Source of the DNA: Narcine bancroftii
Taxonomy: Eukaryota
Length of the DNA: 64,000 nucleotides
Assembly (NCBI RefSeq): GCF_036971445.1
Contig: NC_091481.1
Span: forward strand, 69,130,001-69,194,000
Direction of reading: 5' to 3'
Made by a program: the position numbers and the translations under genes. A model generated the notes under the pieces. It ran no database searches. It was not told where the DNA came from and worked only from the letters and a program-made list of their open reading frames with translations. Below, in pieces: positions 49,716-64,000 of this stretch (position 1 is the first letter of the stretch; each line of letters opens with the position of its first letter).

Positions 49716-50074
49716 GTGAGTTCATCAAATGTGTTTGTCACTTTCGCCACGCCAACTCATTCACAGTGAAATTGCTAGATGTTGATTTTTGCAACTTGTG
49801 TAAACCAGGAAGCCTATCTTTTACTGCATTAGCCTGTTGTATTTAAGTCATTTGCAGTCTTTAGATTTAATTCCATTGGAGTTCTAATTTTATACTGGTT
49901 GCATAAAACAAATAATGGAGGAAGGATGTGCTGGCTTGGTCTTAAGGTTTTTGCACTTGAAAATGAAGTGGGCATCTTTTGCTCAACTGAGCACTTTCAG
50001 TCTTCTGTAGGCTAAAGTTTTGAATATCCTTGTGCTGGTACGTGAAGATTTGGATTAAGTATCAATTAACCGCA

Positions 50075-50478
50075 CAGCAAAAGTCTGAAAATCCAGACTG
50101 CTCAGGAATTTGGGTCAGTCCAGATTTTCCAGATTCTCGGGAATACTTTTAAAATTCAAATTTAAGGAGAAATAGTTGAACTGATAAACCTGATAGTTAA
50201 TTCATTATTTATGAAAATGAGCTGCAATTTTAAAGAAAAATAAAGTCAACTCTTGACAAAAATATTTTAAAAATAGTGTCATGCTTGAACATTATAAAAG
50301 TAAAATACAATATAGAAATGAATTTCTTTGTGATAAGGATACCCATACTAAGCACAGTGCATCTGTGGTGCTTACGCATGCATGCACGCATAAAAATAAT
50401 GCTAAATTTAAAAAGTGAGTGTTTTCAGATTTTTGGGTGGTCTAGATTTCTCACATCCGGATTTTTAGACTTCTACTG
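50075..50478. mobile_element. Tc1/mariner (Tigger-like) MITE
   Basis: CAGCAAAAGTCTGAAAATCC ... GGATTTTTAGACTTCTACTG inverted termini. Confidence 0.6.
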
Positions 50479-52156
50479 AACAACACAAAGTGGTAGAAAT
50501 ACTTCAGTTTGTTGAAGTTCGATGTTTCAAGCTTGTTAAAACTGATAAACTTGATAAAGGGCTACAGGACTAATAATTGCTTACAGTGTTCTATCAAAGT
50601 GCATCTGTGGCAGACTGGGAAACCCTTCCCAGTTCTGCATTTTGTCTAGCAATGGCACTTGATCTAAAAACATTTAGATTCTACTGTGTTACTGGTAATG
50701 TTAAAATAATCTAGTTCAGAGGATTACTAGTGTGTGGTTTTTTTTACGGGATTGGATTGCAAAGCATAAGAAATGTTGCTCTCATGAAAGAGCATGAACC
50801 ATTTGATTTTGTGCTGTTCAGTTTTTGACCTATTTATACTTTTTTGTCTGTCACACTGGAATCGAAGCAGGTGGAATTCAGTATTGACCTTGTATTTGAT
50901 TGGTATTTGATTGAAATGTGCGTGCTAAAGTCATGTTGGATAATTTGAAGTTATACAGATTAAACTGAAGAATTGAAGGTTTTTATGGTGTGCATTTTTC
51001 AGTCTGGCCTAAAATGTTGCATGGAATTCGTAAATACATTTAGCACATTTCGTAGTCTAGACTCTCTGCATGCTTTCTATTGTGGCAGTTCATGTATCAA
51101 TTTCATTGCAATTGAAAGAAATTACAAGTGAACATCTAAGAGGAATGGCACAGAAAAAAATGGGTAATTAATTAATGAGCTTGTGGAGTTGGTTATCTGT
51201 TGTGTACATAGATCATAAATGGGAAAACAGGATACAGCTATTCATGGAAGGTGTAATAGAGCATTTGAAGGCCACGTTGATAATACTCTGTTTTAACTGC
51301 CCTGTTCTGCTTCCCTGTAAAGAATCTTCAAAACAAGTGCCTTGTTATGAAACACTCTTATGGTCACAGCTTGTGCCAAATTCTTTTGCAGATACAACTT
51401 GTGAAATTAAATTCTGTGGTGAAGCAAATATGAGCTCATACAGAGCTGCCACAGTATGATTCAAACATGTGGTGTAGTCGAGGCCCTGGAATAATTTTCA
51501 TGCTCTGCTAATAGAACATTGGGACCCGTTGTGAACCTGAGAACAGGAGATGTGATGTTAATGGAATTTAATAATTTATTTGAAAATTGGCATCTATAGA
51601 ATTGAAGCAGTGTTTCAGTGTATCAGCCTGGCTACAACAGTTGTAACAGCTGCAATCCACAAAAGCGCTAGAGAAGCTCAACAGGTCACGCAGTATCTAT
51701 AAGAAAGAAAAAGACCGTCGCCGTTTTGGGTCTGAGCCCTTTAAGAGTGCCAAAAATCAGGTGGATGTCTGAATAATGTGGTTGGGTGGGAGAGAAAGAA
51801 GCTGAGGTGATTACTGGAGAGGACAGAGGGCTAAGGAGGGTAGTTCTCTGATAGGAGAAGGAAGGGGAGGGAGTGGGGTGGAGGAGGAATGGAGACAGGG
51901 TTGAAGGAAAGAGAGACTGGGAGGTGGTTAATGGAAATTGGAGATCAATATTGATGCTGTTTCTTTGGAGACTCTCAAGATGAAATATCAGGTGGTTTTT
52001 CCTCCAATTTTCAGGTGGACTTAACTTGGCTGTGGACAGACCTGTCAGTGTGACAGTAGAATATGGAATTGAAGTGGTTGGCCACTGGGAGTTCCTTGCT
52101 CTTATAACATGATGATAATTGGTTTCCTTTGCTAATGTTTTTGGATTTTATTCTGA

Positions 52157-52387
<231 letters not shown>

Positions 52388-53144
52388 TAGTATTGTATTA
52401 TATTCGGGATCAAGCAGCACTTGGATACTGTTTTCTTTATGGTAACATGCTCAAAGGTTGAAAGTTTTCAGTGCCAATAGACATACATTTTTTTCCAAGA
52501 GGGCCATAATCACAACTCCTGCTGCCTCGGATCAACAGCCAATCTTGGACACAATCTCTTCACCCACTCCTCCCAGCAGTGATATTTACAAGTGCAAGAT
52601 CACGCTCTACTGCGTTCAAGTACCGTTTCTTTCCTACTATTATCGGACTCCTGCAAGAACCCCAAAATAGCAAAATTATGTTGCCATTACTCTATACCAG
52701 CTAATCTTTCTCTGTAACTTCAGACCTTTGTACAATCTTGTATGACGTATGAGATGTCTATTGGTCTGCCTGCAAAACAATGATTTTTGTGGCATTTTTG
52801 ATACATGCAACAGTAAACGAACTTGACATCGTGGTCTTCTGCATTCCTCACAGTATTACTGCTGTCAAGCTGGGGATTCAAAGGGGGAATCACCAGAAAT
52901 ACTTAAAAATGAAGTGCCAACTTATTGACAAACATGCCGGAGAAACTCAGAAAGTAATTCACTATCCAAAGGAAGTTTTAGGCCCGAGCTCTTGGTCATA
53001 GCTTGAAACGTTAGTTATCCTTTACTTCCTATAGATCAGCATTTATTATTATGAAACTTGTGTTTGCGATGCCGCGTGACTGAATTTCTCCAGCATGTTT
53101 GTACATTGAAATACATCTGCAAAGTCTGTAGACTTTCCTGTTTA

Positions 53145-53461
53145 CTGTAAATATTTGTGTATAATGTGACCCCCACCCCTCCACTTTTGAGGGGATAAAG
53201 GTGGGAAAATTTTACCCCCGTGTATAATACGACACCCCTCACCCGCCTGAGTCGCGCTGGCGTCACTTCGCTCGTCCGGCCTCCTGAGTCACGCTTGTGT
53301 CTCTCCACCCGCCTGGCCTCCTGAATCGCACTCGCGTCTCTCCGCTTGCCTGCCCGAGTCGCGCTGCCGACTACTGCTCATTTGCAGAAAAAGTGTATAA
53401 TGCGACCCCCTCCCTATTTTTGAAGGGGAAATTTTTTTGCATTATACACGAATATTTACGG
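53145..53461. mobile_element. Tc1/mariner-type MITE with TA TSD and an internal GC-rich minisatellite
   Basis: TA|CTGTAAATATTTGTGTATAATG ... CATTATACACGAATATTTACGG|TA; repeated GAGTCGCGCT units. Confidence 0.8.
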
Positions 53462-54278
53462 TAACTCCTGCCATCTTATTGCAGCTACATGGCTCCAAAT
53501 AGCAAATGCAGCACATAATGTTCAGAGATAAGTGATTCAACAAACAATAGATCAAATTGATGTTATTCACAATTGTTCATTTCATGGTTTTGCTTCTTCT
53601 GAAGACAAATTTCATTTACTGCTTTTTTTTTTTATTTTTTTTATTTTTTTTAATTTTTTTATTTTTCACACCATAAATCACATTAGCCATGACATACACA
53701 ATTTCTTTTTCACACATATACAGTGACTTTTTCTCCCCCCCCCCCTTTCCTCCCAAACCACCCCCCCACCCCCCCTCTTTTTACTGCTTGATATCAATAA
53801 ACATCTGAGAACCTTCTGATTGTCAAAATAACATTCCAGCTTAGAACTAGGCAGGCTTTTCTTTTAGCTAAGCAATTCCAGTGTGGTTATAATATTGACC
53901 TCTATCGAATGGTGTGGAAAATTGCTTCATTATTGTTTGCACTCCAGTCTGACTAATTACCACCAATGGGTTCTACTCTCAACTGTTCGCAAAGAGGTAG
54001 AAGATGAATTCTAGTGCTGAGAATGACTGACCATGATATAATACAGAATTTGACTGTGGCACCAAGGAATCCTGGTTACATTGATCAGTTCGCATCCAGC
54101 CACTGTGTGTACTATTAACAAAATGCACTGAAGCGTCTTCCAATTCTGTGACTTTTTTTAGAAAAAATCAGGAGGCACATAATAGTTCTGATATGACATT
54201 GGCTGGTTGAATAATTTAGAAAGTTCAGAATTTAATCATTTATTGAATAAATGTATGCATTTGTTAATTAACGATTAA

Positions 54279-54383
<105 letters not shown>

Positions 54384-55577
54384 TGAAACTAAACCATTAA
54401 TCTGCAATATAAGTATCTTTGTTACTGGCTTGTTTCCTGTGGCAAGTTTATATGTTGGTTGCAAGTTAGCAGAATGGTGACACTATAGAAAGATGTCAAG
54501 TTTTTATTTCTCTTCACGAGAATCTTACCCTTTAATAATAGCTGATAAATTATTTTTTTAATTATTGTCCAGATTCCTTTTGAAGCTGCTTCTGCTACCA
54601 TTGGTGGGGAAGACCAGAACAAGGGAACATAGCCTCAAGATTCAGGATTATAGATTTAGGACAGAAATGAGGAGGAACTGTTTTTCTCAGAGGGTGGTGA
54701 ATTCGCTGCCCATTGAAGCAGTGGAGGTGAACTCATAAATATATTTAAGATAAGGTTGGATAGATTTTTACATAGTATGGAAAATTAAGGGATATGGGGA
54801 AAAGGTAGGTAGGTGGAGATGTGTCTATCAATCAGATTAGCCATGATCTCATTGAGTGGCTGAGCAGGCTCGACAGGCCGGATGGCCGACTCCTATATTT
54901 TTAAATTGTCCTACCAGGTAGTACATTCCAAACTCACAACCACTTGCTGTAAATTAGATTCTTTTTATGATTCCTGGTTTTTGACCCTTCTGTAAATGTA
55001 AAGAGCTTCAGTTGAGTTTATTTGGATCCTTCGTTGCATTAAATGGCTTGAACAGATCCCGGCTCAGCCTTCTTGTTCCACGGAGAACAACTCCAGCACC
55101 TCCAGTCCGTTCCACACAACCAAAGACCCAAATTCATTTTAGTAAGTCTCTGCACCCTCTTCAACCCTTACATTTTCTCCTAAACCTTGGTGACTAGAAG
55201 TGGTCACAACCTGATAAGTTTAGAATAAGTATGGGAAACATCGCCCTGGTCAGTTGAAAGCAAGCCTGCAAAATGACCCCAAGTTAATTGAATGGGAGTA
55301 TGGGAACTGGCAGTGGTATAAGTATTAGAGCTGCTTCTGCTCGGCAGGTGTCCAGCTTCATCCTGTGCTTCTGTCCATGTTGACTTTGCACATTGGCCTT
55401 AAGACTTCATGATTTCCACCAAATGCTCCAGGTTCCTCCCACATCCCCAATACTTGGGTTGATAAGTTAATTGGCCACTGGAATTTCTTGTCTCCAGGTG
55501 AGTGGTTGGAAGTCGTTGGTGAGAATACAGGGAGGAAAGAAATGGAATTAATATGGCATTAGTGGAAGTTCAGATTG

Positions 55578-56642
55578 CAGGCGCCTCAGATTGAAGCTCA
55601 CACCAAGACACAAGCAACTTGTCCGTGAACTACTCTTTGCAGGCGATGCCTCTTTAGTTGCCCATTCAGAGCCAGCTCTTCAGCGCTTGACGTCCTGTTT
55701 TGCGGAAACTGCCAAAATGTTTGGCCTGAAAGTCAGCCTGAAGAAAACTGAGGTCCTCCATCAGCCAGCTCCCCACCATGATTACCAGCCCCCCACATCT
55801 CCATCGGGCACACAAAACTCAAAACAGTCAACCAGTTTACCTATCTCGGCTGCACCATTTCATCGGATGCAAAGATCGACAACGAGATAGACAACAGACT
55901 CGCCAAGGCAAATAGCGCCTTTGGAAGACTACACAATAGAGTCTGGAAAAACAACCAACTGAAAAACCTCACAAAAAAACCTCACAAAGATTAGCGTATA
56001 CAGAGCCGTTGTCATACCCACACTCTTGTTTGGCTCCGAATAATGGGTCCTCTACCGGCATCACCTACGGCTCCTAGAACGCTTCCACCAGCGTTGTCTC
56101 CGCTCCATCCTCAACATTAATTGGAGCGCTTTCATCCCTAACATCGAAGTACTCGAGATGGCAGAGGCCGACAGCATCGAATCCATGCTGCTGAAGCTCC
56201 AACTGCGCTGGGTAGGTCACGTCTCCAGAGTGGAGGACCATTGCCTTCCCAAGATCGTGTTATATGGCGAGCTCTCCACTGGCCACTGTGACAGAGGTGC
56301 ACCAAAGAAGAGGTACAAGGACTGCCTAAAGAAATCTCTTGTGCCTGCCCCATTGACTACCGCCAGTGGGCTGATATCGCCTCAAACCGTGTATCTTGGC
56401 GCTTCACAGTTCGGTGGGCAGCAACCTCCTTTGAAGAAGACCGCAGAGCCCATCTCACTGACAAAAGACAAAGGAGGAAAAACCCAACACCCAACCCCAA
56501 CCAACCAATTTTCCCCTGCAACTGCTGCAACCGTGTCTGCCTGTCCCGCATCGGACTTGTCAGCCACAAACGAGCCTGCATCTGACGTGGACATTACCCC
56601 TCCATAAATTTTCGTCCGCGAAGCCAAGTCAAAGAAAGAAGA
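55578..56642 (+). mobile_element. RTE-clade LINE 3' fragment
   Basis: ELLFAGDASLVAHSEPALQRL...FGLKVSLKKTEVL; QLRWVGHVSRVEDHCLPKIVLYGEL; (AAG)-rich tail. Confidence 0.88.
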
Positions 56643-57762
56643 GTGGAAGTTCATGGTTAGCACGGATGGGCTGAAGGACCTTCCTCTGTGGTGTGATTCT
56701 CAATGACTGAACCATGGTTTTGGGGAGTGTAAAGGAGCATGGGAAATGGGACATGAAGAATGTAAATGTAATTTAACATACCAGTAAACCAAGCTTTTAA
56801 AAAAATGTGGAAATTTTTCAAAACCTTGCATTCACTGAAGGCTTCTTCAGGTGCATTCTCCACCAAGAATGCGCCTGCAGAAACAGATTCAGACCTGTGG
56901 AATGGTTGGGCGCTCGCCAGCTGATTGTCATCCCCTTAGCCGCTTTCAGGCGGCTGCATTCAGGTGCCGGGGGGACCTCAGTGCTCCAGCGATTATCTCT
57001 CCCAGAGGAGGGTTACAAAGTTTGCCTCAGATGTGTCTCCTGCACTTTCAAGTGGCCTCCTGACAGCCGCATATGGGCATAATATGCGGCTTTACATCGG
57101 AGGATTTTGGCCACCTGAAAGTGCCTTGATTGTCCAAATGTTGAAAGTCTTAAGCTCACCAGCTTCCTTTGTTGGATACTAAATTCACTATGAAGAAGTT
57201 GGAGAAATAAGAGCCTGAAGATGCTGGAATCTGGAGCAAAAGGTTGCTCGTAAAACTCAGCAATTTCACCCATCACCTACCAGCTTCTGTCCCACTCTCC
57301 CTCACTTGCACATTCTGCTGTCTTCTCCCTACCTCTGTCCTGATGCAGGGTTTTCACTGAAATGTTGACATTTTTTTGCCTCCACTGATATTGCTGGACC
57401 GACCCTATGTGGAGAAATTACTTGAGCATGCAGGTTATCCCAAAGTCTACCATATTAAATATTTAGGGTTGTATGAAATATTCCTTCTTTACTCTCTATA
57501 GATGCAGTTTGACCTATTAAGTATTTCCATCAGTTTCAGAGTTCCCTGTATCCACAAGGAACCATGTTGAACGTAATCAGTATATAGCTTGCTTGATCTT
57601 TAGATACCAAGATAGATAAAAGATAATGGAAACAAGGGAACTCCTGCAGTTCGGTTGAATCGTTGTTTCCTGTTCCTGTAAATAAGAATTGCGAGGGTGT
57701 TTAATAATTAATTCTTTAATTATTAAGAAAAATGTTTGATTGTTGGGTTTCTCCTTCCATAG

Positions 57763-57951
<189 letters not shown>

Positions 57952-58613
57952 TAGATACTGTCTTTTTATATGTAGATTTTGCCAAAAAAAAAGAATAGTT
58001 ATTCGTGCATTTTCAGGGTTTCCTGTTCCATTAATGTGCATTTTCTATTTTGAAGAGGTACATAAATTTAAGTAAGGCAGTTGACAAGTCGTCAGACGTG
58101 AAATTGGATCTAAAATTGGCTTAGTTTTTATGATTGGAAACCTTCAACCTGTGGCACACCTCAAGAATTGTTGCTGGGACCCTTATTTATATATGGTTAT
58201 CATGTGAATATGACTGTAGGAAATACAGTGGCTACATTTGCACAAAATTCATTCTGTTGCTGAAAGTGAGGAGTGGTCTTGGAGAAACAATAATATTAAT
58301 TTCCTGACAAGATGTACCAAACACTGGCAGATCGAATTTAATCTTAATAAACATGATGTACAGTATTTTAGGGGCCTGGGTGTACACATACAAGAACCCT
58401 TTAAGGTAGCATTTCAGGGGAATATGGGGTAAAGAAGACGTACAAAATACTTTCCCCACAGCATAGAATATAATAGCAGGATGATTATGTTACAACTGTA
58501 TAAAAGATTGGTTAGGTCAAATCTGGAGTACAGGTTTCCTCCCAACAGTGAAGGAAGAACATGATTGTAACTGAAGAAAGGGTTCATGAGAGGGAGCATT
58601 AACATTCTATTGA

Positions 58614-59115
<502 letters not shown>

Positions 59116-59221
59116 TAAGTTGTACATTTGAAACTAATTGAATTGTAATTTTACATCTTGAAGTCTCGCTCAGTGGCATGCAGGGTGTAATTAATGTGTG
59201 AAATTGTGTGTTCATTTGTAG

Positions 59222-59332
59222 ACTGCTCCACCTTATGGAAGAAATCATGGCAGAGAAAGAAAATAAAACAATCATCTTTGTAGAAACTAAACGTCGCTGT
59301 GATGACCTGACTCGCAGGATGAGAAGAGACGG
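59222..59332 (+). CDS. DDX17: DDX17 exon 9 (LLHLMEEIMAEKENKTIIFVETKRRCDDLTRRMRRDG)
   Basis: ttgtag| ... |gtaggc; MAEKENKTIIF and CDDLTRR are DDX17-type. Confidence 0.97.
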
Positions 59333-59416
59333 GTAGGCTTTCGTCATCACAAACCTGGTTCCAAAATCATTAGCTTAGAAATGTCAAATATTCAATTTCT
59401 TGTTGGTACTCTAAAC

Positions 59417-59516
59417 CAGTCATTCTCATTGGGAGCCAAACCGCTTCCAATGAAGAGGGCCCATAAACTTTGAGCTGTTTTAAAGGGCCATCGCCAAAGA
59501 AGGATGAGAATAGCTG
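59417..59516. mobile_element. Small hAT-type MITE
   Basis: CAGTCATTCTCA ... TGAGAATAGCTG with 8-bp TSD-like CTCTAAAC/CTCTATAA. Confidence 0.6.
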
Positions 59517-59892
59517 CTCTATAATTCAAACCAGTTCAGATTATTTACTAGGGTTACTGGTTCCTGCAGAGCATAATTAGAATGCTTCATTGAGGCAGGG
59601 TGAGAAGCACTGCAATTGCACAATTGAAAATGAAAAGATTGCAATCCTGAAAATCTGAACTACAACTTGAAAATGCAGGTCAGGTAGCAACTGTAGAAGA
59701 AGAAACAGGACTAATATTTCAGGTCAAAGGGAAAGAGTTAGAACCCAGGTGTGGGTGGAGTAACAGACTGATGGCAGTAGCAATGACCTCCAGTGAGGAT
59801 AGCAAATCCATGGTCAAATTTGTGAAATTAACAGTGGTGTTATATTAAATTATGTCATACAAAAAAAATTGAACAAAATCATTTTTTTGCAG

Positions 59893-59954
59893 CTGGCCAG
59901 CAATGTGCATTCATGGAGATAAAAGTCAGCCGGAGAGAGATTGGGTCCTTAATG
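59893..59954 (+). CDS. DDX17: DDX17 exon 10 (WPAMCIHGDKSQPERDWVLN)
   Basis: ttgcag| ... |gtaagg; AMC and SQPER are DDX17-type. Confidence 0.97.
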
Positions 59955-60424
59955 GTAAGGATATAACCAGTAGCAGGTCCTGGAGTCTGCTTTTAAACTC
60001 TGTTATAGCTGATCAAATCTTAAATTCTTGTCCTTATTTTTGAATCATCTCATTGTCTCACTACCAATCTAGTTTCTGTGTAGCTTACACCAGCTCCAAC
60101 CACTTGAGAGCTGCATTGCTCCAAATCTCATCTCTACAATCTCACTGATCTTCAAATTTTCACAAGTGATCATGTTGATTGCAAAGATCTAAATTTCTCC
60201 TTAATGGTTGCACCCATGGCAAAGCTTTTGGGTGGCCTTTTGCACATCTCTCCTGGTGTGAAGTGCTTAGGGCTGTTTAACAATGTTAAAGACATAAAAT
60301 AAATGACTAGTTCTCCTTGGTGCAAGAGTATTTTACTAATTTAACCATAGTCTATGCCCTTTTACAGTCACATATCATGGCATAATATTTCTGGTGCTGA
60401 ATTTTATTTAATTTTTTTTTACAG

Positions 60425-60484
60425 AATTCCGATCAGGAAAGGCACCCATCCTTATTGCAACTGACGTTGCATCTCGAGGTTTAG
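60425..60484 (+). CDS. DDX17: DDX17 exon 11 (EFRSGKAPILIATDVASRGL); remaining exons are beyond the window
   Basis: ttacag| ... |gtttgt; motif V; the next exon (DVEDVKFVIN) was not found before 64000. Confidence 0.97.
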   Translation, partial: NSDQERHPSLLQLTLHLEV

Positions 60485-63400
60485 GTTTGTACTTGACTTG
60501 TTTACAGAAAAATGCTTTTCAGAGCAAGCTCTGAAATTTTCTGATTTGGGAGAACTTGTAGTTAAAGTGATGAACTGATGAACCATGATTTACTCACCAT
60601 CTTGAGTATGTTAACTAAGTGGCTTAATTTTGTTTTAAAATATCTCTTTGTTTTTGTATTAAGGTACAGGCCTGCGGCAAGGCCTAGGCATGACAAAACG
60701 AGCACCAAGAGGGAGAGGAGATATCCATCTACCGCCACCTACATAAACCAAGCTTAGCCTTACCGTGTGGGGCCTTTAACCCCTATGCACTGGGCTGGCT
60801 GTCCAAAATTTGGGGTCTTCGGATAATGTTTATCCCCTCTACTGTTGTCCAGCTCGCCCTGGCAGTGTCTGGTTCAACCTCTGCAGCGGATTGGTTCGTT
60901 AAAAGAATAGGGTCTTCAGATAATGTGTTTGCCAGCTGACTGAGTTTCTAGCTTGGCCTGGCCAAGTGGGGTTTAAACCCTGCTCCAGACCATTTTTTGG
61001 AGAGAAATCCTGACTTTTCCATCATGCCAGCATAGCCTTCCACTGAGCCAGCCAGGCTTTATCTTGTATGTGTTCACCTGTCAACAAGGACCATTTGGGT
61101 TCCAGTTAATTTTCCCCATTCATGCCAGATTAGAGAATCTGGAGCTTTGTGCGCAGTCTGAACTCTCAATTGAGATTTTAAAATGTCATTTTTCGTAAGG
61201 AATATTCAGTAGAATGCTTATGTATTTGACATTGTATTTACTTGTGGGTGGTCACCAAGTTTAATACTTGACCACAAGGCAGTTCAATAGGAGGTACAAA
61301 ATTTAGAGTGAATTAAGATGCCCATCTAGAAATGGAGCTTTTCCTCTGTGTTTTTTGATATCTGGATTTTGATTAAGTGAATGGAATCCATATCATTGCA
61401 TCAGTTGCTTTCTACATAATAGTAGTTCTAAATGATGCAAGTGAATGTAGGGGAGCCTTCAGAAGTGTCGTGCAGGTGCGGGGAACCTTGCCTTTCTGGG
61501 TATTTTTTATATACTAGTGTCATTGGAAATGTTGGTTGTGTTAAAACACAATGCTGAAGGAACTCAGCAGGTCAAACAGTACTTTATATAGCAGAGATAA
61601 AGATATTTAACCAACGTTTTGGGTTTGAGTCCTTCATCAAGGTACGAGCAAAATTTAGACAGGTGCCCAAGTAAAATGGGTCGGGGGGTGGTTTGTATTT
61701 GCATGAAACATTTGTTTTCTTGATTGGCCTGGATTATATGGGATGATAGAAGTCATTAATGTGCACAAATAAAGTAATTTTTTGAAACACCTCTGCTTAA
61801 AGAGCTTGCATTTGAAAGTGATCATCCTGGACTGGCTTTATATAAGGAAGCAAGGCAATCTGCAATATTTATGGGTATTCTGACAACTGATGGGTTAGAT
61901 TTATGTCTTTTTTAAAAGAGAAGGATACAACTTAACACCCTGTATCCTCGATCTGGCCTGAAAGAGAGCTCTTTTAACATTCCGCTACTTCAGTTTTCTA
62001 ACAGCTGGAATTCGGTATATCTCAGTATTTCACTGACAAGCGTCGTTATCTGAAACCCTGTTAATTAAAAACCAGCACAAGCCAATTCCAATATCAGAAA
62101 ATTGAAAGCAGAATCAAAATTCCCCTGTTGAAATCTGATTTTACCCTCTCAAATCTGACACACTTGATAATTGGTTTACTTGCTGAAACTAAGGGGCGTG
62201 TGGAAATGTCTGCTGATTAGGGGTTTCACACCAAGCACTGCATTTAAATGGCAGGACAGTTCTGCAATCAAACTGTTAAAGTGACTTGGAGCTAGAAACA
62301 AACCTTTCTAGCCACTGATGTGGATGGGAAGACTATGCATGGACTGACTGTTACTGGCCCACTATTTAAGACTGAGATGGACAGACTGTTCCGAAATAAC
62401 CTCCCCTTTAACGGGCACTGGCAGTAAAATTAATGGTATTGTGTTTTTGGTCTCATGCAGGATGGAAGCTTAGACGAGCAGGGAAAATAAAACAAATGTC
62501 CCTTAATGGGGGAATTCCAGTTGGAACAGTTTGCTCATTCTTAGTACAGATACAAAAGAAACTACTTGATCCCCCTGGTTAGCAGCAAGTAGCCAACTGA
62601 TCCATCTGGAACATTGTGGATTCGTGGCTCTATTTGCAATCTTTGGGGAATGGTTTCTGATGAAGTGGAGTGATGTGGTGCAAACAGTTTACTCTCAACT
62701 ATTGTGAAACCCCTACTGCCAAGCATGCCAAGTATCTCCCTCACCTTCACAGGACGTCATGTCGGGGCTTGTCCGGTTACATCTTGGGCCTGTCTGAGGT
62801 TTCTCTGCCCGAAAAGCGGGTTGCATAAAGGTTTGAAGGTAGGAATGAGTAGATTGCTGCTTTCTGCATCTTGCCTAGACATTGTTGAATTTGATACAAA
62901 ACTGAGAACTATTTCATTTAGGTCAGTCTGTTTCTTGTTACCTATTGATTCCATCAGGCTGGGAAAAATTTGTTCTAAGGCACAGGAGAACTGTTGAAAG
63001 CCAATGGGCAACCTCATCAAGGGGTCACGCTGAAGGTTATGTTGGGGCTTGCTTCATGTGTATGGAAAACACTCTTTAAGAATGTTCGATCAGCATAAAA
63101 ACTAGAGTAGCTACTACACTTTTATCAAATCTCCACAGACAAATGCATTACTTAGTATTTTTCCCAGTCTGCCGTTAACAATGGGCTCAGATTTTTAAAA
63201 ATTGCAGGTTGTGTTGTATGGAGGTTATTTCAGGGTCAGCTAAAACCTTTTCAAAATGGTATTTTAAAAAAAGCTCTGGGATTTAATGTTCCACTTTTTC
63301 CTGTCCCTTTTCCTTAACATAGCTTTCCTGTCCTTTATCATCAGCTGGGATTGGAATTGCAGGAGTTACTCCACAGAAGGTCTCTCAGCCACAATATCAA

Positions 63401-64000
63401 AGGCATCTCTTGCCAGTTTTTGGAAGTGCGCCACCGGACAGTGATAACGTTATAGATGGTGGACAAGACACTTGCATGGCTTCATAAATTACTCGCCATT
63501 TCTTGTTATTGTTAGGTTTTGTCAATCTATTTCTCAAGGTACAGAGATTACTAAAAAAGAATCTCATCTGAAGGATGCAAGTAAACCTATTGGGCTTTGT
63601 ATATGACGTGGCAGTTAAGAGTCAAATGGGGTCATCACCCAGACTATCTGCTGAGCACCATTAATCAAGGTGTTAAGGAGATTTACTTGTTTTCGGTTCC
63701 ATTTTTTTTAGGATATTTCACTGTTCCGTTGATTTCAAAACAAAAAGGATGTCAGTTTTTCAGGGTTTGTTTCTTGGAGATGCATTTGCTCCAAAAAGTA
63801 GAAATATTGGTGAAAAGATGGCAATTACAGACATATCCAACATATGATAAAGGCATCCTCTAATGTAAATTGTGAGCCTAGAATCTGAAGAGGATGTTTA
63901 CAATAAGTTCACATAGGTGAAAAGCGATGGTGGAAGCGTTTTGCTTAATTTGCAGTATTAAATGGAATTGTCCTTTTAGGGTTGAGAATGGGCTGGTGAC

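Noticed and set aside
55578-56642. RTE element as evidence of horizontal transfer
   Set aside because: RTE-clade elements are known to transfer horizontally, but nothing in this window can show it without cross-species comparison.
60565-60610. TGATGA motifs as a C/D snoRNA in DDX17 intron 11
   Set aside because: No convincing terminal stem, properly spaced D box or recognisable guide sequence.

Overview
Eukaryotic vertebrate genomic DNA, most likely a cartilaginous fish (ray or shark), inferred from its repeats (CR1/HER1-like LINEs, V-SINE/HE1-like SINEs, Penelope fragments, Rex1-like and L1/Tx1 LINEs). Two conserved spliced genes lie in tandem on the + strand, as in human 22q13. DMC1 contributes its last 11 coding exons (1647-39551), including a U12-type intron; its first coding exons lie upstream of the window. 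DDX17 contributes coding exons 1-11 (43198-60484), followed by the long regulatory intron 11, which runs off the window end. Unannotated structure found: (1) a four-exon antisense transcription unit interleaved with DMC1, with an NRF1/YY1 CpG promoter at about 34.2-34.35 kb, canonical splice sites, AATAAA at 28.6 kb and a protein-like but disabled reading frame; (2) an internally deleted Tigger/pogo element with TA TSDs whose ORF stays open, keeps both DNA-binding HTH domains and the C-terminus, lacks the DDE core, and sits head-to-head with DDX17; (3) a TSD-flanked retrocopy with an intact 57-aa ORF of an unrecognised gene; (4) a candidate poison exon and a ~100-nt triplicated motif in DDX17 intron 11; (5) Penelope-associated hammerhead-like cores, nested retroinsertions and a locally templated duplication. 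Exon coordinates were read by hand from splice sites and reading frame. Repeat boundaries are approximate and repeat family names come from motif recognition, not database searches.
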